Assembly: GCA_012295275.1 (NCBI GenBank)
Contig: CM022674.1
Location: 1,178,001 to 1,242,000, forward strand
Length of the DNA: 64,000 bases
Source of the DNA: Chrysomallon squamiferum
Taxonomy: Eukaryota; Animalia; Mollusca
Direction of reading: 5' to 3'
The notes under the pieces are model-generated. The model made no database searches. It saw nothing but the letters and a program-made list of their open reading frames with translations, and was not told where the DNA came from. Shown here in pieces: positions 1-30,130 of this stretch. Positions within the stretch are counted from its first letter, which is position 1. Each line of letters begins with the position of its first letter. The position numbers and the translations under genes were made by a program.

Positions 1-125
1 TATTCTTTCTTCCTATATTTGTTTCTATTTTTTTTAACTTTATTTATTTATTTATTATTATTTTTTTTTTTTTTTTCCATCTTAGATTTCTTTATAAATA
101 CACATTTTTGTGAGCGCCGCAGAAA

Positions 126-17122
<16,997 letters not shown>

Positions 17123-20100
17123 TCTTTCATTTATAAGCTTTTAGTTAGTTGTAAGGCACAAAGCCAACTGTGTTCCATATGCGCTAGGATGTTAGGATCG
17201 AGACCCTGTGTGTTAATCTTTCGTACCAGCCAAGTTTGATAGTTTTTTTACAGTTGTGTTACTAGCTTAAATTGAAAACAGTATTGCATAGTGGTGTGTG
17301 CATGTTTGTTTAAAAATACACACTGAAAAAAAAAAAAAAAAATAGAGTGAAATATAGATCGTTAAAATGGTAATTAATCTTGAACTATAATCGGACTGGT
17401 ACTAAACATTAACAACGGGAAGCTCGATCCAAAAACCTGTACGCTCATATAATTACTCATTATCCATCGCTGTTCTGTAGCACTTCTAACAGTCCTACAA
17501 GACAATTTCTTTTTCTATCATTTTTCTTAGTGAAGAGAACTAGTAAACAATATATATATATATATATATATAGTTCATACCTATAATGCCGTGGTTTTCT
17601 ACATATCTATTAATTAAATTTATTCTCTTTGTTAAACGTCCATCATGAAGGGTGATAATGATGTGATAATTATAGGTGCACAAAACCCCACCCTAAACCA
17701 CACCCTGTAACCACCACAAGACTCATGTTCGGAACTACTTATCAATTTAAAATCTTAGACTTAGAATGTACTGTTAAGGAGTAGGCATCAAAGAAATGAT
17801 TTTAAAAATCATCTGATTGGTTAGTTACATGTACCTTTATTGACGTCAGATGTATGACGTCAGAATGGAGAATCTGACATCTTTCTCGACTTTCGCACTA
17901 AGAAGCACGTGCAACCGAATACTTCCTTCTGCAAAGCACTGAAACACCGCGCATTTAATTCCATGGAATTAGTTCGAAAGTTGACGCCAAATCGATTAAC
18001 AAGGCTTGAACGTTTTAGCTGAAAAGTCTTAGATCCTGTCGTTCGTTTGAAATCCGAGTTAGCAAACAAGGCTATTTTACTTTTATTTTGGTTAGAGTAT
18101 TCAGTATTTCCCTTTAATGGGTTATTATTCTCAGTACGTATTTTTACGTTATAACATTGGTGCAGCAAGTTTTCTGTTATATTCAATAATACCGTGTTTT
18201 ACGTGTGTGTTTGTTGTTGTACGTGATTTTGCGTGTATATATACTTCTATATAAGTATGTATATATGCATATGTGTGCATTATATATATATATATATCTA
18301 TACATGGACGTAACTGTACTGAAGCAAATGACGCAAAAGCCTCATACCGAAATTTTAGATTTTTTTTTTTTTTTTTTTTTTTTAATGTACAAAGATTTTA
18401 TTTAAAAAAATATAAAATATAAATCTCTAATCCGATGGAAACCGTATCCACTGAATGAATTCGTTTATGTCTACGGTTACCGTTTGAAGTCTACCGACAT
18501 CATTGCAGTGAAATACATAACTGACTTCAAAGGCGTCAGTTTTTGCCTCATTTCAAAAAGAGTTTAGTTACGGCCATTGTATATATATGATTCAGAAATA
18601 GAGAAAAAACAACTTACAATACAGTCATGTTTTTTGTTTATTGTAAAGTTAATAAGTTTTTTAACTAATGTTATATTACATACATATCAGAGCATATCCA
18701 TGATTCAAACAGAAAAAACTTATATATAATCATAATTTGTTTATTTCTTGAAAAGTTGATTATTCTTTTTTTACATATAATGATTGCATCTTAATATTAT
18801 GCTTTATTTTTTGTTTTTTTTTGTTTTTTATTGTGCCTTTTATTTATTTATTTCGTGTAAGTGCATGCATTTATAACTGTTTTCGATAAATTCTAATCAT
18901 CATCATCATCATTAATCACAGAAATAAAACGTAGTTTAATTTAGATTAGACTGATTCTAAATCGGTCACGTTATTTTAATTCAGGATACACCGATATTGA
19001 TATGTGGGAGGAGGCACTGATTCGCAAATCGATCGGGGTTAATTTCAGTTCGGGCAGTTCCGATGTTGACTTGGGACGCCCTGGTATGTAATCTGAGCAG
19101 CTTGGCTGCAGTTTATGAGGTTGACTTCGACACGAGCCACATGGCTTGTAAAACAACGTTTGCTCGAAACTTCCTAGGACGAAATAAACCGAAACTCAGT
19201 TAATTATAGAAAATAAACCAGACCTCGATGAACGAGACTAATACGTCATCAATGACGGTAAACAAAATATCTGTTCTAAATTCAGAAATATTGAAGTAAA
19301 CGAATTAGTTTTAATGTTCTTGGCTGTTGCAGTTAGGTTGTTTTTTTTTGTTTTTTTTTCCCCAAAATCTTCACGCGACTGAGCTATACATTATATGATG
19401 GTGCTAAATAAATTGTATGGAAAATAATATTTTTATATATTCTACTGGTTATGAGTCTTTATTATCACAAATGAATCTGTAACTGAATGAAGACATCACT
19501 TTATGTGCGAAATTGGTATATCTATACTCTACCAAATTTTATATATGTGTATGTTTGTCTATATATATATATTGTTAGAAAAGTTTTGTATCTGTAATAA
19601 ATAACTATCGTTGTACTTTATTATCAAAAATTAATCTGTAACTCAATGAATACGTCACTTAATCTTTATAATTAGGAAAGGTTGGATTTCACTAACACAT
19701 ATATTAATCTGCTTATTATTATTTATTATTAACAAAGACCGGATTTGTGTTAACATTAATACGTTCATCATACTTTATAATCAGCAAAGATTTGTCATCA
19801 CGAAAAAAACAAAAAAACCCACTCTAACAATCAGACGGACGATTACGAAATTAATTTATTCTGTTCCTTCACGCTTCAATGATAACACTGGTCAGGCCGA
19901 GAGCGTTTGAAGAATTAATCAAACGTACGCAAGTGACCGCTGTGACGTTTCAGTGGACTTCGAGCACCGAGGCCTGCGATTAACCGATATATTTAAGCCA
20001 CTTTTAGGTCAGTTATTTTACAAAACGAGGTCGTTTTCACAAGGGTCTAATGAAAGATGAAAATGTCCTCGATTTAACAGGAACGATGTAACTGTACCTG

Positions 20101-20164
20101 CCATCAAAAACGTATCTTAGGAATCAAATACAGACGCGAACCTTAGTGCGTTGTACACAGAACC

Positions 20165-20252
20165 CCGCGGTTGTCAGAGATTTGATGTTGTCGCCTAATT
20201 GGATGTGAGTTCAAACCCCGCAGACTGCGACTTCGATGAGAGGTGTAAAACT
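20165..20252 (+). mobile_element. Possible degenerate tRNA-derived SINE head
   Basis: B-box-like GAGTTCAAACCCC at ~20207-20219 in a GC-richer patch; no full cloverleaf. Confidence 0.3.
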
Positions 20253-20497
20253 AATTCTGTTTTCTTCGTTGTAAATAATCATTATTATACATAATAAGGT
20301 TTGTACGTTGTAGGCTGTTTGACTGAGGGCTCAAGGCAAACAATATTATTTGATTTTCAGCAGAATGTCCATATTGATTTGTTAGTGCGTACATATGTAT
20401 TATATTATTCGTGTATTTAGATATATGGAGAACGAGATAAAGAGAGAGAGAGTTAAATATTTCTGGTATATTTATTTTATAAGTTTATACATATTAA

Positions 20498-20551
<54 letters not shown>

Positions 20552-20753
20552 ATATTTTTGATCTCTTGATAACATTCCCAAAGTAATTTTTTTTACTTGA
20601 TGTCCACATAATTATGAACCAATTTATTTATATTTTTAAAAAAAAAACCTATAAAAAAACAACAACAAACATTTATAATTAGTATTTCTTTTTTAATATT
20701 TACTTATTTTTAATTTATATTTACTTTTATTTTTTATTGTTATTTATTTTTTT

Positions 20754-20837
<84 letters not shown>

Positions 20838-21674
20838 ATCTATTTTAAAAAATACTTCAAAGATCGTTCTTGCACGTCCTGGTATCGTTATTGCGTGTTT
20901 GCGTGTGCGTACGTGTACATGAATACACACAGGAAATTATGCAACAGTCCAGTTTTCTGAATTCATTTTGCTCAATTAATTATATTTTACCTCAAAATAA
21001 TCTTGTTTACTTTGTCGATAACAGATCTAATTTTTTTGTATATATTTTTCTGTTGACGTTGTGAAAATCGTACTAACAGTAATTGTTTATTTGGTTGTTT
21101 TGTTTCTTTCGTTATTGTTATTTATTAAACAATATCATCACGATTTATTGTTGTATATTTATTTATTTATGTAATTATAATTATCATTAATTTTGTGTTA
21201 ATTATAAACTAATAACACAGTTTAATTAAGTTGTTGTCATTTTGAAATAATTATTTTGAATAAAAAAGTAAATATCGATCTTCTGCATCTTGAAATAAAT
21301 TTTCCTGTTCCAGTTAGGGTCTCACAGCTGGATGTAAAGTTCGTTGCGTATGTCTGATTGCGTGTGCGTGTATGTACGTGTGTGTGCGTGTTTGTGTATG
21401 TGTGTGCGTATATCTGTGAGGGGGTGTAAGTAAGTTAATAGGTAGATGTACAAATATGTTTATTTATTTGTTTTAATTATGATCTTTTGCTGGACTCTTA
21501 TCACTCCCGTGGGTTGGAATCTCAGAGGATCTCGTATTAAATGTATATCAATCACTAAGCCCATACATAGCGTACACGTTTGTGTACTGCAGCTCTTTTC
21601 TCTTTCATTATTATTAGTATTTATAATTATTATTATTAGTAGTAGTAGTAGTAGTAGTAGTAGTTGTAGTAGTC

Positions 21675-21707
<33 letters not shown>

Positions 21708-22323
21708 TTGTTTTTCTTCTTTATCTTTTTGTTATTTCTTTTCATCTTTATATATATCTATAGATATATAGATATATCAATACACATTTATTTTATTTTA
21801 TTTTTATTTATTTTATTTTATTTTATTAATTTACTTACTTACTTACTCACATATTTTCTTTTATTATTTTATTTATTTGTTTAATTTTTTTTTTTTTTTA
21901 CCTTATGTTTTTTTATATTTATAATTTATTCAGTTTTACATTCTATTTTATCTCATTTTTTAATTGAAATAATATCCTTCAGTAAGCAGGGTTTTTTTTT
22001 TTTTCGCACTCTATTTTCTGAACAGCCATTCTACGACACGAATGAAATAGCAAACTCCGATCTGTCTTGTACTTGAAAGAGTTCCAGGCATGGAAACGTC
22101 AGCGTCATGCATCTAACCGAAAAATGTCCTGCAGATATTTGACCTTTCCCTTCCGAACAAAACAGTAACTGAGCCATATTGGTTATCGATTTGTTTCAAG
22201 AAAAACAGTAAAATAATACTTCTGTGGTCGTCTGCAATCGTATCCTGTTGTTTCAGAAGTTAACGAATTTTTTTTATTTTTTATTATTTTATTTTAATAA
22301 TGATAATAATAATAATAATAATA

Positions 22324-22379
<56 letters not shown>

Positions 22380-23517
22380 GTTCTTATTTATTGATTTATT
22401 TATTTATTAATTTATCTGATGGTATTTTGGAGAGAAAAACAGAAGGTTTGTATCGGCAGATGTTCATCATTGTTATGAAAGTATCACTGAGAACGTTTTT
22501 ATTTATTTTTATTTTCTATTTATTTATTTATTTATTTATTTTTATTTTTATTTTTATTATATTTTTATTTTATTTTTATTTTTATTTTTAATTTTAATTT
22601 TAATTTTGTTTTTTTATATATATATTTTTATATTCTTTTTTATATATTTTATATCATTTATTTTGAAGCTATTAATCATGGCATACAAAAATCAATCAGT
22701 CATTTGAAAGGTCTTTTTTTTATCACCGAAATGCAAACATGCAAATGGCGACCATGCAAGCCAAGCCTCCTAGTTTGATTCATCAAAAACAATTAACGGA
22801 TTAGTAAGACAGAAGAGAGTAATGACCTTAAGCACCTTGATAAACAATTCTTAGTTCAGTAGACAACACGACGCGAACCCATAGCCTGCTGTTCTTTACA
22901 AAAATAGCTTAACCTTCGTGTCAATGAAACTGCTGTTATTCAAGGCAGTAAGAAACGACTTCTTAATAAAGTGGACACAGATTCAGAAATTTGACGGGCG
23001 TAATAATTTAACGACGTTGAAAAGGAATTAACGAGGGCCCGCGAAAACTGTCGGAAATTGCCGAACACCGAGAACTGTTAATATCGAGAATTGTAATAAT
23101 AGGTGTGCCGAATTGTGAATATATTCGTGGTAATAAGTTTTAAGTGAGGGTTTTCTGTGATTAGTTAGTCATTATTTCTGACTTTAGATAGCTATTTAAA
23201 CATAGTTACCCTTAGGAAGATCTTATCGTAGGTTATATTGAGGTCAATTTTTAACGATTTTTATTTGAATAACATACTTGTTACGCTGTTGTATACAATT
23301 CTGTTCACGATACACAGGTCGTTTCGTTTTCCGAATAGATCGTAATAATTCGGAGGTATTCGGAATAACTCGGTTCCCATAGGTGATAATCAAAATACAT
23401 GTAGAATTTTTTATTTATTTATTTACTTACTTATTTTTTTTTTATTTTTTATTTGTTTAATTGCTGTCTTCATATTACTTTCTTATTTAATTATATATGT
23501 ATGTATATGTATGTATG

Positions 23518-23548
<31 letters not shown>

Positions 23549-24109
23549 GAATGTTTGTCTATGTATGTATATATATATGAATATGTGTGTATGTACACGT
23601 GTGTCTGTTTCCGTATATATATTTATACATTTGCCTATACAGTATATACGATGAACGTGTGTCATTTAGTACGTGTGTTCTTAATATCCATGCATGTACA
23701 TGCTTGTGTGCTTTACTTCATTATTCATGCGGTTTCACCTTTTACGATCCTTCGCTGCTGTGACTCATTTGAAAATCATCCGAGATAACATAATTTTACA
23801 GTTCACATCACAGCCTAATGTAAGCGAGCACGTGGAAAGAGAATCAGCTGTCAGAGATAATCAGTTTTATCACGTGATAGTACAGTCTGTCGACAGAAAA
23901 GGGGCGGAGTGTACTTTATAAGGGAGAGGGGTTTCCGGAACAGTATCTAAATGTTTGTAGCTGGAACGGAAACAATCATGTTTCGGATTTGGGTTTAGAT
24001 AGGCAGTATTTTTTTTTTCCCTCAGATATTTACACACATGTGGACACCACTCTTTTTTACATTTTTTTTTGTTGTCTTGCCTGGGGAGGGCTTCCATACA
24101 ACAGGGAAG

Positions 24110-24166
<57 letters not shown>

Positions 24167-24699
24167 TGTGTCTGTGTGTGTGTATGTGTAAATATATATA
24201 GTGTACGTATGTCAAATTACAATATTTTAATTTATTTTAATGGATTTTGTGGTTTGTTTTTTTGTTGTTTTATCTTAAATCTATTCAATTTTATCTTCAT
24301 TCAACGTAAATTCTCCTACTCCAGAATTATTCATATAAACATGCATGGAGTATGTTGTTTCAGAAAGAAGAAAATCGCCATTTTTATTATTATTATTATT
24401 TTTTTTTATTATTTATATTATAATAAACATTTTTAAATTATAAACATTAATATTAACATAATTTTATTATTTATAACTGCAATAAACCCCTTCTTATTTT
24501 TTTTTTTTTTTTTTTTTTTTTATTTTATTATTATTTTTTTTTTCATCTTTCATTCTACTTTTTAAATTTTTTTAATAACAATTTTTTTAAATCTTTCAAT
24601 TTTTATGAAACACTGAAGATAGATAGATAGACAGACAGACAGATAGATATATGGACAGACATATGGACAGACATATAGAGAGATAGGTAGGTAGGTAGG

Positions 24700-24867
<168 letters not shown>

Positions 24868-24930
24868 TTTTTTTTTTTTTTTTTTTTTAGAAATTCCTTT
24901 TCTTTTGTTTTCAATAAATTATTTTCTAAT

Positions 24931-27262
24931 TCAATAAAATTCTCCACCGTGCGGGTTGATCTGAACAACCAGCGACATCATCTGATACAGAAACCCAGAG
25001 CTGGATTCCACACAGCAGCACGCAACGGCAAAAATCACCAACAGCACGACCACCGTCGTGGCCAGCGTCCTGAACGTCGTCGGTTTGACGTGGCTCGTCT
25101 TCGCGACCTCTCCGACCCGTTCCGCGACGGCTTCGACGTGCGCGTCGGAGCTGTTGTCCAGATCGGGAAATTCAATCAGTTTCCGCAGGCGTTCGATTCT
25201 TTCTTCGGCCTCCGCGGAGAACGTCTCCAGCCGGCCGAAGTCGTCCAGCATCCAGACGTCATCAACGTCGCCGACGTGAACACTGGGTGTTGCAGAGGTG
25301 TTATTGTCGTCGTCGTCGTTGTTTTCGTTTGTTGCAAACGACAGCTGGGACGTCCTTGACGAATCTGCTTTTATGGCAGACGAAACGAGCAACGGGTCCG
25401 AACTGGTTGCATACGACGATGTCAAGGAAGACGACGAATTGTCCTTCATAACTGACGACGTTAAATGTGCGATGGACGAACTTTCTTTGTCGTCATGTGA
25501 TTGCAGGGGTGTTGAAGACTGAGTTTGTTTAGTAGCAGACGACAGTGTCGGCGTCGTTGACTGAATGTGTGTATCGGCAGACGACAGCAAGGGTGATGAC
25601 TGAATTTGTTTATCGGCAGACGACAGCAAGGGTGATGACTGAATTTGTTTATCGGCAGACGACAGCAAGGGAGATGACTGAATTTGTTTATTAGCAGACG
25701 ACAGCAAGGGTGGTGACTGAATTTGTTTATTAGCAGACGATAACAAGGGTGATGACTGAATTTGTTTGTTAGCAGACGACAGCAAGGGTGATGACTGAAT
25801 TTGTTTGTTACCAGACGATAGCAAGGGTGATGACTCAATTTGTTTATTAGCAGTCGGTAGCAAGGGTGATGACTCAATTTGTTTATTAGCAGATGACAGC
25901 AAGGGTGATGACTGAATTTGTTTATCAGCAGACGACAGCAAGGGAGATAACTGAATTTGTTTATCGGCAGACGACAGCAAGGGAGATAACTGAATTTGTT
26001 TATCGGCAGACGACAAAACCAATGGCGAAGATTGAGTTTGTTTGTTAGCAGACGACAAAACCAATGGCGAAGACTGAGTTTGTTTGTTAGCAGACGACAA
26101 AACCAATGGCGAAGATTGAGTTTGTTTGTTAGCAGACGACAAAATCAGTGGCGAAGACTGAGTTTGTTTGTTAGCAGACGATAGCAAAGGTGATGACTGA
26201 CTGTGTTTGTTAGCAGACGATAGCAAAGGTGATGACTGACTGTGTTTGTTAGCAGACGATAGCAAAGGTGACGACTGACTGTGTTTGTTAGCAGGCGATA
26301 GCAAAGGTGACGACTGACTGTGTTTGTTAGCAGACGATAGCAAAGGTGATGACTGACTGTGTTTGTTAGCAGACGACAGTACGAGAGGCGAGGACTGAGT
26401 TTGTTTATCAGCAGACGACGTTATGCACGTTGTTAATATACGTTCCTTGGTGACAGACGACATTAACTGCGTCCTCGATGAATTCGTGCTAATTTCAGAC
26501 GATACTAAAGTTGTCGTGGACGAAATCTGAGTGTTGACTGACGACGTCGAAGACATCGTCAATAAACCATCTGCACTCTGTGACGTATCAGAGGGCAGCA
26601 CTGACGTCTGCTTCTCACTGTCAGCCGACAACATGGATGTCAGTACCGGCGTCCTTCCTTTCGTTTCACTACTCTGACCTAACTTACTTTCAGGCGCTTC
26701 CACGACACTCGCTTCTTTTCTTTCGTTCCTTCTTCTCTTCCTCAAGCTCTCCTTGGCTCGTGTTGGAACCACGCTCGTTATCAGTGAAAATTCGCCCTCC
26801 GCTGTCCTGTTCTGGTTTTCGTTGGCTCTGTCGCCGAAGAAATCTCCCGAAGAAAACCCGAAACGCTCTGCCACGGTCGCCAGTTTCTCGTAGGGTGAAC
26901 TGTTGTTGTTTGCTGCCGACGCCACAGGCATGAGTGACGAGCCTTCGGAATACACCGGCCAGTCTCCGAAAACCAGCGAACTGTCTGCGTTTCCACAAGC
27001 CAGGCACTGAATGGTTTTGTTTGGTTCGTCTCTATCAAGGAACTGCTCTTCCCTCGACTTTCTCGAGACTGTCGGTTTAGCTGCTGCGTTCGCCAGGTTG
27101 CTGAAGTTCTTCTTCTGCTTGGGGGAGCTCCGATCCACGCTCGATTCCTGCGTCATTTCCGCCTGCCTCACTTCCATTAATCCCAGAATGCCTTGCGACG
27201 CGGACGAGTTCTCGCCACACATCGAGGCTACCCGCCTCGTGAAAAGGCTGATGTCGGACGAA
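24931..27262 (-). CDS. Nested gene large terminal exon 4
   Basis: ttgtattctcag|T acceptor 40 nt upstream of the 763-aa ORF ATG, in phase with exon 3; 2.3-kb stop-free frame. Confidence 0.88.
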
Positions 27263-27306
27263 CTGAGAATACAAAATTAGTTAGTTGGTTAGTTAGTTAG
27301 TCAGTC

Positions 27307-27366
<60 letters not shown>

Positions 27367-27371
27367 GGTTG

Positions 27372-27406
<35 letters not shown>

Positions 27407-28279
27407 GGTTGGTTGGTTGGTTGGTTGGTTAGTTGGTTAGTTAGTTAGTTAGTTAGTTAGGTAGGTAGGTAGGTAGGTAGGTAGTTAGTTAGGTAGTTAG
27501 GTAGGTAGGTAGTTAGGTAGGTAGGTAGGTAATTAGACAGATATATAGATAATTTTATAAATGGCATTGATTTTAAGTTATTTAGTCAGTCTTTTAGTTA
27601 GATAGTTAATTAGTTATTATTACTATTTATATAAGATATTGTTTTTTAGTTGCTTTTTTTGTTTGTTTTTTTGGTTGTTTATTTTGTAGTTGTAGTTGTT
27701 TTTATTTTTAGTTGCATTATTGTTTTTATTGTTATTAGTTTTTGTTGTTTTGTTTATTTAGTTACTTATTAATAACACTGATTATAGAGAATAATCATAT
27801 TTTTGACCCTTTACTAATTAACATTTGAAATAATAATAATAACATCGACAACAAAAAAGGTCTAAATTTACAAATTAATCTGATTCCACTGATTTAGTTT
27901 TCTATCACTTCAGTGTGTGACACAACACCACAACAATCAAACACGTTGATAAAACTTGCTCCACCACCGTCACGAGAATTTCTGACTCATTTGATTCGTG
28001 ATGTTCCTGAAAACTGGTGTTTATCGGGGGAGTCATTATTCATCTATCATTTTATTACTGAAACACCTGTTTGAAAAAATTTCTAACGATACTTACCTAC
28101 CGCAGTCCGTGACGGATTTGAAATCTTTAATGATATCCACTATGTCATCCATCTTAGTGGCCAGATCGCTCATATCAGTCTGAAGTAATCCGGAATCTTT
28201 GCCCTTTGACCCCAGCCTCTGAATACGATATTTTATAGCCTCCGAGCTGTTTATTGCAAAACGAGTCAAGTTCTGTTTA

Positions 28280-28313
<34 letters not shown>

Positions 28314-28416
28314 TGGTGTGTACTGCATCCTGGATGAATAGAACAGAAAGAGATTTAAATATGTTTATTAATAATGTTTGAACCCGAATCTGGTATTTGA
28401 AAATTTTCTTTCTTCA

Positions 28417-28462
<46 letters not shown>

Positions 28463-29951
28463 CATACACACATACATACATACATACATATACAATACAT
28501 ACGTAGAGAGACACGCACACACTTACATAGACAGATAAACAGACAAACAGACAGACACACATACATACAGACAGGCAAACAGACAGATGTACCTATGATA
28601 TAGACAGAACAACAGAGAGACAGTTGCCAATCTGTCATTACGTGTATGTGTATTTATGTGTGTATGTTCATGTGTCTATTCAGTTACAAATCTATCATTA
28701 TGTGTATGTGTATTTACGTGTGTAAGTTTATGTGTGTATTCATGCACGCATGCTTGTATATTTTTATATTTTGTCAGTTTTATGTTTGGGTTCGTCTGTA
28801 TCTGTCTGTGCCTTTGTGTGTCTGTAGGTTGTGTGTATTGAGTTTTCCTCATTTTATACACAGCATATGTTCTGTGTGTATTCTACAAAAATTATGTATA
28901 AACCAGATGGTGTATGTTTGAAAATACATTAAAACAAGTACGTAACTGCCTATTTAGTTTCTCATAAACAGTTATAATATTTAGTATTACTTTAGTTTCT
29001 CGTAAAGAGTTATAATATCATTATTACTGCATTTTCTCATAAATTCAGTTATAATTTATCTTTACGTATATGTGCATTTTCTCGTAAATGCACTCATGTT
29101 TGTATAATATTTGTATTACTGTCTGTTTCTGCATCTGTCTGTAAAGAGTATAATGTTAGTATTATTGCAGTTTTCTCATTTTATACAGAGTATATCTGTT
29201 AGTAAAAATGTATAAACCAGATGGTTCTCCTTGAAAATACATAAAACAAGTATTACTGCCTATCAGTTTCTCATAAACAGTATAATATTAGTATTACTGC
29301 AGTTTCTCATACAGAGTATAATATTAGTATTACTGCAGTTTCTCGTAAAGAGTATAATGTTAGTATTACTGCAGTTTCTCATAAAGAGTATAATATTAGT
29401 ATTACTGCAGTTTCTCGTAAAGAGTATAATATTAGTATTACTGCAGTTTCTCATACAGAGTATAATGTTAGTATTACTGCAGTTTCTCCTACAGAGTATA
29501 ATATTAGTATTACTGCAGTTTCTCATACAGAGTATAATGTTAGTATTACTGCAGTTTCTCATACAGAGTATAATGTTAGTATTACTGCAGTTTCTCATAA
29601 AGTGTATAATATTAGTATTACTGCAGTTTCTCATACAGTGTATAATATTAGTATTACTGCAGTTTCTCCTACAGTGTATAATATTAGTATTACTGCAGTT
29701 TCTCCTAAAGAGTATAATATTAGTATTACTGCAGTTTCTCGTAAAGAGTATAATGCTATTATTACTTTGGTGTTGCCGGTGCGCAAACTTTCGATCATGT
29801 TCGTCAGTTCTCGCTGCTGTCTTTTTAACTGGATTTCTTTTGCGTGAACTTTCGTGGTGCTCACTTTCTGCTGGCAGCGCAAAAGTCTCTCTCGTATGTG
29901 CTGAATGTTTTGCATGACATCTGAAATAATAATAATAATAATAATAATAAC

Positions 29952-30027
<76 letters not shown>

Positions 30028-30097
30028 GCAATAATAATAATAATAATAATGCTATTTTTACAAAAAATACTAATTCAAAATAAATAACTAAAGAGAA

Positions 30098-30130
<33 letters not shown>

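Noticed and set aside
19457-19660. Short local duplications (also 8770-8870, 16102-16227, 28890-29280, 56548-56812)
   Set aside because: Ordinary diverged tandem duplications with no functional signal
22860-22930. B-box-like GGGTTCGCGT on -
   Set aside because: Too degenerate to call a tRNA or SINE
29231-29917. 228-aa hydrophobic repeat ORF on +
   Set aside because: Read-through of the 36-bp minisatellite and the antisense of a real exon
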